DNA of 63,238 bases, filler included, from Choristocarpus tenellus KU-1152 (GCA_964200185.2; 13 parts of 13 records of this genome joined end to end with filler, not necessarily neighbours in it); one strand, 5' to 3'. Positions 1-12,232 are shown, counted from the first letter of the whole stretch. A program made the numbers and translations. The notes: generated by a model not told the origin, from the letters alone.

Positions 1-171
1 TCAAATTATCTGGGGGGGGGTGTCGGTGTCCGTTTTTCACCCTTTTTTCGATTTTCACTTTTTGGTGTGATTTGGTCGCACGTGTCGGATTTGGAATGTC
101 AGGAAAAAAAGAGTTGTGTGACCAAACGGACGCCCTCTCACAAACCACCCCCCACCCAGATACTTTGACCC
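1..171. mobile_element. MITE family B (subfamily B2), near full length
   Basis: Starts TCAAATTATCTGGGGGGG and ends CCCAGATACTTTGACCC, followed by TAA. Inverted subterminal TGTCCGTTT / CCAAACGGAC. The right end matches the reverse complement of 49873-49936. Confidence 0.8.
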
Positions 172-459
172 TAATATTTCTGAGGTGGTGTGGGACAGAC
201 CTTCCAACGGCAGGATGAGAAGTCGATGAATCAACACACTGTGATTATAGTATATTCATGATATCCTCTGATATATTGCAGGTGTGTCAAGGAATAACCA
301 AAAACTATATCGCTAGGAATACTTCAAAAATTCCAGTTGTCGATAATATAGTAGATATCTCTTCAAAAAATATGTATTACTTGAAAACTAACAATGCAAC
401 AATAGTCCCTGAAATGTTGTCTACTGCGAAGTAATATGTACACTACTATGCTTCTAACC

Positions 460-1900
460 TAGCTTAGCCCTACAAAGGAAGTATCCCAAGAGTCTGATTT
501 GCCCCTCCTTGTCCATCTTCTTGGGAGTTACAGTATCTTAGAGGGCAGGAGTTTTGCCCTGTTTGTCCATTTGGGGCTTGATGTTTTATTACATTTTGCC
601 TACTCCGAGATGTTTTGGAGTAGGTAAAATGTGATGTTATGAAAAGGTGTGTCTGGAACAAGGATATTGACACTTCCAAATAAACATGATAGCCGAAATT
701 ACATCAAACTTTCAACATTGGATTTTGGGCGTCAAACGGACGTGGCTCTACCCTCTAAGATCATTTGACTCTAGTGTCCCTAGTTTGAAACGCATGACGT
801 ACATCAAGACAGTTACTTGTGCAGTGACAGATACAATCTGTCTCAAACGGGACTTGGGAGTCCCTTTCCAACATTATCCTCCCACCTCTCTCCCCTTTAC
901 AGTGTAGGTGGCTATTTCATCCCAAAAAAATATGCTTGCTTTCCAAGGTGTCAATTGAACCCTCGTAGTGGGTGCACTTTCTCTCCTCAGCTGTAGCACG
1001 AGATATACCAGAGCTGGTGGATGAGTGTGGTAGACGACAGGCCGCTTGGACTCCTGCAAAAGCAACATCCAGAAGGAGGTATTTGTCCCAGTAGGGAGCT
1101 GAGCCAGCGTCTGAGTATACCCCAACATCGAACACTACACCCATGCGGAATTTCTGGTCCACTGCAAACAGGATATCATCGTCCATAGTGCAAGGGACCA
1201 TTCCCATGCAAAGTTGGCCTAGGCGTGTCACCATCAGTGTTTGGTGTACTTGTTCGTCCACCCTAGTGGCGGTGCAGGCATGATGGATGTCAACATCATG
1301 CCTCCTTCACCTGGCAACCAGGCACTTGTTGGATAGAGTCTACTCCCTCCCAAGGGATCGGCTGGCTGAGGCTCTAAACTCCACGGGAGGAATCCAGTGC
1401 GCTGGTTCTAGGGGTTTTGTGGGGGATCATGTATTCACCCCTTGTCCACACTTGGCTCTGATGATGGTCCACCTCGAGCAAAGGACTCTCCCTCCCTTAT
1501 CCCTCTTCATCATCTAGAACATTGGCCAGTTGCATCTAAAGGGAGTCAAAACAGATCATGCTCAGAAGACAGGTAACTTAGCCTTGGCCAGTAATTCCTG
1601 GCAAGTCTTCGGAAGGGACTCCTGATGAGAGGAGGGTGTAGATCGACAAACCTTGGGCCTGGACTGCTGGGCTTGCACGAATGGCCTGGGTAAACCCTCT
1701 CCATGGAACCCTTGTTGCTTTGGATCACTCACGATCCCACAAAAACCGCATCATTGTGGTGTCTCATGGAGGATAAGCCTAGGTCTCCTGATCTTGTAAG
1801 CATCTGTGCTTGTACCGTTTGTGTGTTTCAAAGCGAAGGGACCCATTTCCACACACCCGATCAAAGAACTGAGTAGCTCTAGTTGAGTGTTCTACCTCGA
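460..1900 (-). mobile_element. Degenerate 3' part of a CRE-like non-LTR retrotransposon (zinc knuckle + restriction-like endonuclease), interrupted by a MITE
   Basis: Broken minus-strand frames read WIPPVEFRASASRSLGRE, then a decayed C..H knuckle, then RMGVVFDVG...LLLDVAFAGVQ...AEERKCTHY, then KSRLRQIVSVTAQV. This order fits the R(P/M)D...D...K..Y RLE C-terminus, recalled from brown-algal CRE-like elements. Stops and frameshifts are present. The 5' boundary is approximate. Confidence 0.75.
525..771. mobile_element. MITE family A, full length, inserted in the RLE retrotransposon
   Basis: Termini GAGTTACAGTATCTTAGAGGG...CCCTCTAAGATCATTTGACTC, flanked by TGG/TAG. Empty sites are present in paralogous host copies at 7425-7427 and 24287-24289. 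Confidence 0.9.
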
Positions 1901-2506
1901 TTATCTTCTCCAAGTCCACATCAAGGTGCTGAGCATTCGAGGTAGGGGGGAATGAACCTCATTGGATAGCCCAAACGAGAAGAGAGGGGACAAGAATTGA
2001 GGAGCGAGACAACTTGTTCATCCTCCGTCCCAGATAGCGAACTTGTGCTCTCAAGGACAAATAATTGTAGACGATCAGATCGATGTATTTGTGTAAGGGA
2101 AAAATTTGTAGAAGTACATGTGTCGAAGATAGGGGAGTAGTGCGAAGAAATAGTTGTACATTTTTAGCATAGGAAGTGATGGTACCGATAGGCGATATGC
2201 GAGCACTGACCACCTTAGTATCGAGCCTGGGAATACTACACACTAGAGATCCCATGTCACTCAAGGACACGGCAATCCTTCCACAACGAGTCCATTAATA
2301 AAGGGAAATATTGTTTGTACTATTACACAGTGTTGGCAGTTGTCTCCAACATCAACTTTGTCGTGCCATAACTTTTGATCAACAACGATTTTATTAATGA
2401 AGATTAATTTGTTGTAATCGCATCAGCATGATTAACCTTGTTTGATGGGTCTCGGTTGGTCAACTTGGAGTAATCGTGAGAAATATAATATCATACTTAA
2501 ATAAAG

Positions 2507-3832
2507 TAGTCCGCGCGCGAACCGTGCATTTAAGGATGATTTTGACACCAGAAGAGGCCATCTTCGCCCGGAGAACATGCGCGTTGTTGTCTTTCCATTC
2601 TCTTTCCATTATTTCCCGTTTATGCGATGTTGTCACCTGCTGACTAAGGTTCACTCTTGGGGGTCCGGGCCTCTAAACTAGACAATCCATGCCAAGTCAT
2701 ACGAGGTATGCCGAAGGTACAGACCTCCTGTGAGACTTAAATGCCTTGTACACCCTGTCTAATTTGGTGCACTCCATGCCTTTCTCGTTGGAATATATCA
2801 GGTGGTAAGCAATACTCATCCTGAGAAACCTCGCCATAACTACTCTGGACAGCCCCCCTTCCTCCTTAAGACTGACAGGAATGTCGGCTCTCATTCCAGG
2901 CAACGTGTAGTCACAATGGCCTTGTACATAGTTCTTTGCCCGCCCCCAGACCATCTCAATCGGGTTCACAGCAGTACTTTAGAAGCTCAAGCAGTGTCCT
3001 CCAAGACGCTCAACCAGAATCTTAAGACTCGGTTCTACCACCTTGAAATGCTCATGCTCTTATGCCTGTCCTTGCCCCCGTCCTTGGCCATCCCTGGGAT
3101 AACAAACTTCTCTCTTGCAAAATCTGTCTCATCCCCTTAACCTGTCCAACATACTCCCCCTTCTCGCCTTGTGGACGAGCGGAAATCCTCAGCCGATATC
3201 CCTTTCCTCTGGCCTACTGGCTACACCCAATGAACTCAAATTCATCAGGGAGTGACCGCACCACAACGTCAACGTCGTCAGGTGACAACTCGGAGCTCAT
3301 TGGGCGTCACAGTGTACTGTGAGTGGCTTAAACAGTATTAAGCCGAGGTCCGCCCACGTACCGTTTTGGGGGTTACCAATCTTTATTTTTTTTAAAGGTT
3401 GACCAACGATTTAAACGACGATCAGCATATCAAATTAACCTCTTGATCTAAGATATTGATTTACGCAAAGAAATTCTTCCCGGAAAATATTTTTGGAGGT
3501 GATAATTCATTCCGAAATATTTTCAAGGTAGTGCCGAAAACATTTGGTTAAAATTTAACTTTACCAAAATAACTTTTCGACATAATTCCTTTCTTGAAAT
3601 CGATTAATTAGATCAAGGGCTTTCGTTCGATATGCTTATCGTCGTTTAACTCGTTAGGCAACCTTTTCAAAAAAATCAAGACCTGTCTGATCCTAGAGGT
3701 GACTGCCAACACTATATCATATAAAACATTAGGGAGAAGAATGGGAAAGCGGTCTTTCACATAGATCGATGAGTTGGTCTTCACTATGTATCTCAAAAAT
3801 CCTTCTTAATTGCACGGTTCGCGCGCGCCGTG
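2507..3832 (-). mobile_element. Internally deleted IS630-Tc1-mariner superfamily DNA transposon with about 35-bp TIRs
   Basis: Left end CGCGCGCGAACCGTGCATTTAAGGATGATTTT; right end AAAATCCTTCTTAATTGCACGGTTCGCGCGCG..., followed by TA. Encloses a frameshifted transposase C-terminus. Confidence 0.8.
2697..3150 (-). pseudogene. DDE transposase C-terminal remnant
   Basis: Motifs KGMRQILQER, ILVERLGGHCL, a decayed PKxHCELNPIEMVWGRAK (carrying the catalytic E) and FKSHRR, spread over shifted frames. Confidence 0.8.
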
Positions 3833-4604
3833 TAGCACCCCTGCGTGAACCGCGCGCGCGGAATATTTTTGAACTATGGTCTTTTATTCTAACGATTACT
3901 TCAAGCTGACCAACCACCATCAAATAAGGTTAAATGTCAGGGACAGGTCACCTTTATTGGGATCTCCGACATTCATGAGGATAATACGCGCGGTCATATA
4001 CATTTGCGTGCGTCACCTTTTGCGTTTGAGGACAGGCCAAGTGATGTGTTGTGGGTCAGATGCACGACTGGCACGCAGTAACCTCAACATGAATGGTGGA
4101 TTCAAACCAGGAACGTCGAGATTGTGTTTTCTGTTCTGACTGGTCACAACCAATCACATTGAAGATTGATCCACATGGCACTCTGAGGTTGTCAACATGC
4201 ACTCAACATGCCTCAGTCTCGTCTTTCACTTCCTTTCTGAACCTCATCTCTGGTTGTTCTCATCACTCCCCATCACACAGAACCAGGCCCCATTACATAA
4301 CCATAATTATGCGATTACAACAACCAAATGACACATATAACAAAATATTTAATGTCCATTTTCTGGTTGTCCAAGCACCTTGGAGGCAAGTTGTTGAAGA
4401 AGAGGTGATAGTAAGGGATGATGAGTCTTCCAACCACCCTCGACACTATCCTTCAACACTCCCCAATAGATGACTTGATGTACCAAACCTATGGTGATAC
4501 TGATCTCCATCCACTCGGGATCCCCGGGAGGCACATAGGAGACAAGCAGGTCCACGCCATTTTTCTTGCCGCGCTTTCAACCCGTTAACACAGATTTCAC
4601 TTGG

Positions 4605-4699
4605 GAGTGAAAGTTTCTTATTAAGAGAGGGTACGAGGTTTGCCCTGTTTGTCCGTTTGGGGCTTGGCTTCTCTCGAGGGTTTTATGACATTTTACCTA
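4605..4699. mobile_element. MITE family A, truncated by contig end
   Basis: GAGTGAAAGTTTCTT...GAGGGTACGAGGTTTGCCCTGTTTGTCCGTTTGGGGCTTGG, colinear with the full copies. Confidence 0.85.
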
Positions 4700-4799
4700 N
4701 NNNNNNNNNNNNNNNNNNNNNNNNNNNNNNNNNNNNNNNNNNNTTAATTAATTAANNNNNNNNNNNNNNNNNNNNNNNNNNNNNNNNNNNNNNNNNNNN
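4700..4799. other. Artificial contig linker (first of 12)
   Basis: N44-TTAATTAATTAA-N44, which places stops in all six frames. Identical linkers at 8413-8512, 11357-11456, 17255-17354, 22148-22247, 36865-36964, 39920-40019, 43402-43501, 46957-47056, 49937-50036, 55108-55207 and 59792-59891. Adjacency across them is not biological. Confidence 0.99.
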
Positions 4800-7324
4800 G
4801 GTGGGGGTTTGGGTGGGGGGGGGTGTGGACGGGAGGTGGAATTTAAGGGTGAGGGGGGGGGGGGGGGGGGATTGGGGGAGTACTATATATTTTATGTCTT
4901 AATGCACTACATTTGTGCAGTTGTGAAGTAAAAGGATTATCCTTACGATATAAAAAAAAAGAAGTAGCGCTGTTTTTTTTCTTATTTGTGCGTGTGTATG
5001 GCAATCGTTCAAATGCTTGCGTGCAATGAATGATAAAGGGTGAGGCAAATGTGGTACTTTGAAGACATGGTGACTAGTGTTCTGACGCGTTGAATGAGCT
5101 GCAGAGTTGAAGGTTGATGCGTTTAATAGTGCGCTTGAGGGGAGATATAGTGTGTATTGTGTGAACATTTTATTCAAATATAGATAGATAGTTAGTCAGA
5201 TACTAAAACATTTTTTTTTTTACCTTTTTTGCACCCTGATGGGTGTCGATGAATGCAACAATCGATCTCCCGCATGATACGCAGTCCCTTTCACTTTGAA
5301 GGGCATAATTTTGTCTCGGCACAAGGGCTCAGGTTCACCGCTGCATTTATAAATCCATGGGGGATAGTCTTGTGCTCTTTTGAGCTCAAAATTCGGTGAC
5401 AATCCTCTCTGTCAGAATTGCTTCGCGTTTTGCCACTAGGTGGTGGGGATAGTGTGTCACGTTTGTCTATGTTGATCCCCCATCAAGATCATTAATCCTT
5501 GCGCAGTGAAGTAAAATGCCAGAAGGGGACGATTTGTAAAGTATGATAGTCTGAGACCTCTTCCTTGAGAATCTCTGCATATCTGATGCAACACACTTGA
5601 GGTTGGACCACTTTGTACCTTCAGCCATTTATATGATCTCTGTTAATACCCGCTACAATTATATCGTTTTTCATCTATCGTCTCGACGCACGAGCTCCAT
5701 GTCATACGCAGCTCTACAACCTAGCAACAGTTGTCCAGGAGGACAAGTATTTTGAGTGAAGAAGTGAGAGGCACCTAGGTTTTGGCCGTTTTGTATCTTG
5801 GGTCAGTTTTTTTTCGGATTTTTTGCAATTCACCCATATTTCTATGGATGAATTTCTAAGCTTGACTGGAGAGCATTGGTTTCCTGATCGGTTGAGACTT
5901 TTCGTCAGAATTCAGAAATATCCTACACACATTTTTTTTTTTAGTTGAATTTTGCATATATTTGTCAGCATCCTTAAAATGCAACTCTGGGTGCTTCTCG
6001 TGTGCTTTTGACTCTTTTCTTCAATTACAGGTCCTACCCTCTAGTTTGCGGCACACAACTGGGTAGTGTGTGTGTACTTGTTGAGGTCCGTAGGGGCAAG
6101 AGGTGACATCATGCTTCCCCTCATCTGAGGTAGGAAACTTAGCACCAATGATGGACGAACAAGAAGACTCCCTTCGCTCCTCATCCGAGATATGCATGAG
6201 ATACATCCATTGTAACAACACCTACTTACTTGTTGCGAGTAAGGCAGGTTTTACTCAACTATCTCAATCGGCAAACACAGCTGTTTCCCATTTTAAAAGT
6301 TACGAAGTAAGGGACGGTTGGAGTAGAGCGTGGCTGACGGAATAATAGCTCCCAGCCACCAAGGAAGAGACTAGGAGTCTTGGCAAGATATTTTTGGTGG
6401 CAGGATAGGAAGAGCCATATGACCTTGTTTTTATATTTGCTCCACCTCTGCCTGAAGAGCACCGAAATGGTTGCTTTTTTTTGCAAGGAAGAGTCCTTGC
6501 ACAACGAACAGCTACAAGGCACCACAAGATACTAAGGATATGGTGCCAAATGGTATGCCATGGTAGTCAAGGATACGATATGCCTCAATGGTATCAATCT
6601 CAAATGATGTTCTGTTTCAGGAAATGAGCAATGGAGGGGAGACACCCCCACATCCTCTCAAGGCCTATTTCCTGCAGTACAAGGGGGAACTGCAATGGTC
6701 CACTCAAGAGATACACGGGAAAAGGAGTTGTTGCTGTGCGAAAAGATGTCCTTGTTTTGTGTTCTTTGGCTGCACCTTGAGGAGATTCATAAATGCATTC
6801 TTGAAGTAGATCGTCCTTCTATACAATCAACAACATTGTAACAGGGAAGTTCGATGGGTATATATTAGTCCACTAATTTCTTCAAGAGTTTGCCGGTTCC
6901 TTTGTAGAGTCAATGTGTGTGAAGTGGCTAGTAGGACCTGTCGTATAGCATTTCACTGACGTTGGCAGGGAATCTGTACCTAACCCTATCCCTAACCCTG
7001 TGAGTAATTTCTCATACAATATTTGAAGCTTTTATAAAACGTAGATAGTAACTGTAGAGCTATGCTGCAAGTCAAACAGAAGACATTTTGAGCGAGGTAC
7101 AGTCTAGCCCTCTTGTGGATATATCTCCAAGTGCACAATTAGTTCAAAATTGTGGTCTGCAAATAATGGATGAAACACACGTTGTGCGAAAAGCATTCAT
7201 TTATGAGAACATGCTATGATGTATGTAAATTATTTACTTCGTACCTCTCCAAAATATATATCTATTTAATACTAGGTGTACCGCAAAGCTCTCTTAAAGG
7301 TTGATAACTATAATGTAATGTGTA

Positions 7325-7526
7325 CACTGCTGCTATGCCTCTAACGTAGCTTAGCCCTACAAAGGTGGCAAGGAGCTAAGGAAGCATCCGAAGTATCTGA
7401 CAGGCTCCTTCTTGTCCATCTGTCTGGTGTCTCTAGCTTGAGAGGTATGTCACGTCTCGAGAAAGCCACCTGTGCTGTGACGGACACTACCTGTCGTAAA
7501 TGGGACTTGAAAAGCCATGCCGTCAC
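7325..7526 (-). mobile_element. 3' stub of the same CRE-like retrotransposon
   Basis: Encodes KSHLRQVVSVTAQVAFSRR. DNA aligns with 440-524 plus 775-860. Confidence 0.75.
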
Positions 7527-8386
7527 ATCATTCCGTTCATAACGATATTAATATCAAGTGTATACTGATGACTTCCAATGATAATGATGAATTTCAACCT
7601 ACAAACACCTGGGTGGTGGGCATGAAAGGCCTTACATATTCTTGAGATTCTTCCTTTGCTCCTTGCCAACCTTCGTATGGTTGGCCTGGAGGCATAGTAA
7701 TAGTGCGCTGTGTATACATGTGTGAAGTTTCTAACATCCAAAATGGCCGTGATCCCTTACTACTATGTGTTTCTATATTTATTTTGTGCCTTTCCTGTGT
7801 GTTGCTACGGGGGGGAGACATGGAGAGAACACCTATACATTGTTTTTACATTTGGAAAGTTCTTATGTACGTGAATTGCGTACTTTTTTTTTGTGGAGCG
7901 AACCTAATACACCACTTTTAAAACGCATGATTGATTGTGGAGGCTCCCCAATTAACGGTGGATTTTAAAAGTTGAGGATGGAGCGTCACCTGTAAGTCTT
8001 ACGAATCAAGGGATTGCAGACCGCCTTGTCTTTTCTCGAACAAGGGCAAAAATAAAAAAGTTCTATATAGTTTCTGAACGAAAAGGCTTCAACAATAGTT
8101 ATTAATTGGGATACAGGTCATATTTGTACTATTGAGGATGGTTTTGACCGAAAATGGTGCGGAAAAAGTGCCGATATGTTTTTTCTTGTAAATGTTCGGG
8201 CCCCTTTTTGAATGGAATATATTTTTGTTCAAAACTATTTCGGTGCTTGTGGAGGGCACCAAAATGATTTGGAAGCGACCTCGACTAAGCCAAAGGTATA
8301 AGGACAGACGGGCCCCCCTGGGGGGGAGCCGGTAGCGGTTTTGGTATTCTTGTAATACGTTTGGTACACTACAGATTGTTCTATAC

Positions 8387-8412
8387 GAGTGAAATTATCT
8401 TAGAGGGTACGA
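8387..8412. mobile_element. MITE family A terminal repeat at contig end
   Basis: GAGTGAAATTATCTTAGAGGGTACGA. Confidence 0.75.
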
Positions 8413-8650
8413 NNNNNNNNNNNNNNNNNNNNNNNNNNNNNNNNNNNNNNNNNNNNTTAATTAATTAANNNNNNNNNNNNNNNNNNNNNNNNNNNNNNNN
8501 NNNNNNNNNNNNCCCCCTGCGCGATGCTTTCTTTTTTCTGATTTGCCCACTCTGGGTCTTTTTTTGCTGCCTTGTTTGAGTTCCTTGCTGCCTCGGACAT
8601 TCTCTGGCTGGTTGCTCTCACCCTTGTTGCGAATTAATGCAAATGTGGAT

Positions 8651-8721
8651 ATAGTACATGCTTCAAAAGTAGTACATGCTTCAAAAGTAGTACATGCTTC
8701 AAAAGTAGTACATGCTTCAAA
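8651..8721. repeat. 18-bp tandem repeat, about 4 copies
   Basis: (TAGTACATGCTTCAAAAG)n with no spacers. Confidence 0.95.
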
Positions 8722-8972
8722 CTCTGGTAATTTCGTGTTTTGGGTGGAGAAGTGCAATGTATTAACAGTAGCAATAAAAACAATAATGCAGAAATAAAAA
8801 CACAGAAAATGATTGGTGCATTGCGTGAGTGCATGTGGTGGTAGGTGAGGTGTGAGGGGAGGTTGTTATCTCCAGCGACAATGCCATGTCATTTTGTGTT
8901 GAGCGCAACAACAAGCTTTGCCCACCGACTAGACAGATATCTTCTGGGATACCATGATGGGCTGGCACTTAT

Positions 8973-9229
8973 GAGCCAAATTATCTTAGAGGGTAGAGCT
9001 GCGTCCATTTGGGGGCCAAAATTCAGTTTTGCAAGTTCAATGTAATTTTGGCTACCGTGTTTATTAGGAGGTGTCAACATCCTTGTTCCAAACACACCTT
9101 TTCATAACATCTACATTTTACCTACTCCGAAATATATGGAGTAGGAAAATGTCATAAAAACCCCGAGGGAAGCCAAGTCCCAAATGGACAAACAGGGCAA
9201 AACTCATACCCTCTAAGATACTTTCACTC
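8973..9229. mobile_element. MITE family A, full length
   Basis: GAGCCAAATTATCTTAGAGGGTA...TACCCTCTAAGATACTTTCACTC, flanked by TTAT on both sides. Internal hairpin at 9113-9152. Confidence 0.92.
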
Positions 9230-9644
9230 TTATCGTTAGCCCACAACTGTAAAGTTTCTGTGTAGGTTCTTGCTCCATTTCCCCCAAAACACCCAAGAGT
9301 AACCTGCTCCAATACAATCATCTGCTCGAGCCAGCACTACCACCTCCCTCTGCCTACAAAAAAATATCACTCACTGAATCTCGGAAGGGCCATCTATCAC
9401 AACAACTGCAGAGTCTCAGCCCTTGCTCAACAGACAGAGCCCCTTTGCAAGAATATTCCGTTTTTGGTTCGGATTAGTTGCGGAGTACTTTGGGTAGAGC
9501 ACTTGTCTCTTTGGCACTTGTTCTCACCTGTCCGTCGCTGAGGTCTTGCTCTCGGTTGACAATGTCACTTCGCACCTTCAGGGCTTCTATTTCTGTGAGG
9601 CGTTTGGCCTGTGGGGATTGGTATCCACCGTAGTACAGTATGCG

Positions 9645-9816
9645 TACACAAATGAAGAATGAAGTGTGTATAAGAATGAAGTGTGTATACAAATGAAGTG
9701 TGTATACAAATGAAGTGTGTATACAAATGAAGTGTGTACACAAATGAAGTGTGTACACAAATGAAGTGTGTACACAAATGAAGTGCGTTCACAAATGAAG
9801 TGTGTTCACAAATGAA
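9645..9816. repeat. 17-bp minisatellite, about 10 copies
   Basis: (ACAAATGAAGTGTGTA[C/T])n. Confidence 0.95.
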
Positions 9817-10397
9817 ACTAGTGTCCCTCATGTGTTTGTTACTAGTGTATTTGTTCACAGTGCAGCAGAAAAAGGTGACAGGCAAACAAACGTATACATG
9901 TATGTATATATATATATATGTAAAGTACCTATGTATGTAAATGTTCTCGGCGAAAGAGCAGTATGAGCAGGACATATATAGACATAGGTGCTTTATAGGT
10001 ACATAGGTAATATATATATATATATATCGGTACTACTATATAGGCACTAGTAGGCATCATTGCACTTTGTTGATGATGGGGTATCTGTTCATACACACTG
10101 AATGACTGTAACTGCAACTGTGACAGTAACCCTTGACCCATCGGGTTGTCTGTATTGATCCTCCTGCTGTAGGCGTAGGCCTTTTCCTCTCTTGAGGCAC
10201 TCGTTAGTCTCTTGAGGCACTCGTTAAGGACAGAAACTGTAACTCCCTAATCACGAACATGTACTTCAGTGGTCCTTGTCCTAGGATACAAACATGATTC
10301 AAACGCCAGAGACCGTTTCAATGCACATAGCGGGCTACTTTCTGACGCCCAAGTCTGAGGAACATGAACATCTTGCAAACAGCGACACACACACATC

Positions 10398-10503
10398 AAT
10401 GATATTTCCAATGATATTTCTAATGACATTTCCAATGATATTTCCAATGATATTTCCAACGATATTTCCAATGATAATTCCAATGATATTTCCAATGATA
10501 ATT
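10398..10503. repeat. 12-bp tandem repeat, about 9 copies
   Basis: (AATGATATTTCC)n. Confidence 0.95.
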
Positions 10504-11313
10504 CTCTGCATCCCTTTCTGCCTCCAAGAATATTTGATCACCACGGTGGTATTGCTGCTATTGATATCTCATTAATACCTTGAGAATCATTCATGGAATT
10601 CACAACAGTATTCCGGGATGAGTTGTCTATGATAAGTCCATCCTCTCAAAATGCCTCGAAACAAGAGAGGAATGTAAAACTTACATCAAACACGATCAAT
10701 GCCCATCTACCCCTTCATCAGACACGATCAATGCCCATGCTACCCCTTCATCAAACACCATCGACCTTTCTTGAATGCACCATCATCCTACACTGGTTTC
10801 TTTCCCGGGACCGTATGCCTTTTTTTGGTACCTTCATGGTGTCACCAGCTCCTCGACCAGCTCCTCGATCGACCACAAAGATGTCTCACCTCATTGTCCA
10901 TGAGCTCTTGAACAAGGGACTTGCGGTGATTCATGTCCTCTACTGCCTGCGCTGCTTCTTTCCTGGCTTCTTCTAGCTCCTTCTTATACTAAGCATCAAC
11001 GGGCACAGGTTTGCAGTTTGAAAACACGAAGGGGTTGAGGGAGCTGTTGAGATGACAGCAAGAGCACAGGTTCAGGATGTTTTGTGAAATGTTATTATTT
11101 CTCTATTCGAGGAGGTTAGTGTTGTACTCTTGAGGTCTATTTGATCTCTTTTTTGCCGCAAGATGTCCTCAGACAAGCCAGATCAATCCTGAGCATGGCT
11201 GTGGGCTCAAGGAAGGCGCTTCTCGTTTTTCAACACTCAAAGTGAACTGTTTGTACAGGTTGATGGCTCAGTACAGGTACACATTTAGAAAATATCTAGA
11301 GTACACACTCTAA

Positions 11314-11356
11314 GGGCTCAAATTACTTGTGGGGGGGGGGGGGGGGGATCCAAACC
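11314..11356. mobile_element. MITE family B terminus at contig end
   Basis: TAA|GGGCTCAAATTACTT followed by a G run. Confidence 0.55.
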
Positions 11357-11465
11357 NNNNNNNNNNNNNNNNNNNNNNNNNNNNNNNNNNNNNNNNNNNN
11401 TTAATTAATTAANNNNNNNNNNNNNNNNNNNNNNNNNNNNNNNNNNNNNNNNNNNNTGTGTAGAA

Positions 11466-11643
11466 GTCTTGTTGTATCTTGGGGGGGGGGGTAGCAGCTG
11501 TCCATTTGGGGTCCTTTTTTTCATGTCGTGATCTTTGTGTGATATGGTTGCATACGTCGGAAGGATAATGTAAGTTCACTATTCCTAGTCATGGTCCAAA
11601 TGGACACCTAGGTGTAGAACCCCCCCCCTCAGATACTTTCGGC
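11466..11643. mobile_element. MITE family B (subfamily B1), near full length
   Basis: GTATCTTG(n)TAGCAGCTGTCCATTTGGGG...CCAAATGGACACC...C(n)TCAGATACTTT. The left end is decayed. Confidence 0.85.
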
Positions 11644-11972
11644 TACAGACGTAGAATTGAAGGAGTCCACACGCCAGCATATCCTTTAACATACATGATG
11701 TTGTTTGAGCAGCAAGTTGACTCACCTAGTCGCGATAGTGTAGCGGGCTCAATACCCAAGAGCACATGCAGTAGACAAGGCAAGAAAAGCGATCATTCCT
11801 ATTATGTGAATGTATCTTTCACTCTGATTATTGCTTCCTATTGTCTAATCAAGAGTACAAACAGGTTGACAAAAGGGCCATAGGTGGTTCTGACAGTGGT
11901 CAAAAAATATGAAAGAAGCTAAAAAGTGCAATATATGTAGTCTCATACTTCATCTAGGACTTCAAGTACATT

Positions 11973-12232
11973 GAGCCAAAGTATCTTAGAGGGTAGAGCC
12001 ACTTCCATTTGAGGGGCAAAATCCAATGCTGTGATTTTGATGTAATATTGGCTATTGTGTTTGTTAGGAAGTGCCAATATCCTTGTTCGGGATACACCTT
12101 TTCATAACGTACATATTTTACCTACTCCGACATATTTCGCAGTAGGAAAATGTCAGAAAAAATAACTGAAGGAAGCCAAGCCCCAAATGAACATACAGGG
12201 CAAAACTCGTACCCTCTAAGACACTTTCACTC
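11973..12232. mobile_element. MITE family A, full length (260 bp), TSD ATT
   Basis: ATT|GAGCCAAAGTATCTTAGAGGGTA...TACCCTCTAAGACACTTTCACTC|ATT. Confidence 0.93.

Noticed and set aside
4349-4560. VDLLVSYVPPGDPEW resembling Stealth CR1 (IDVVYTWV.GSDP.W)
   Set aside because: Short, weak match with no other Stealth regions or clear exon structure.
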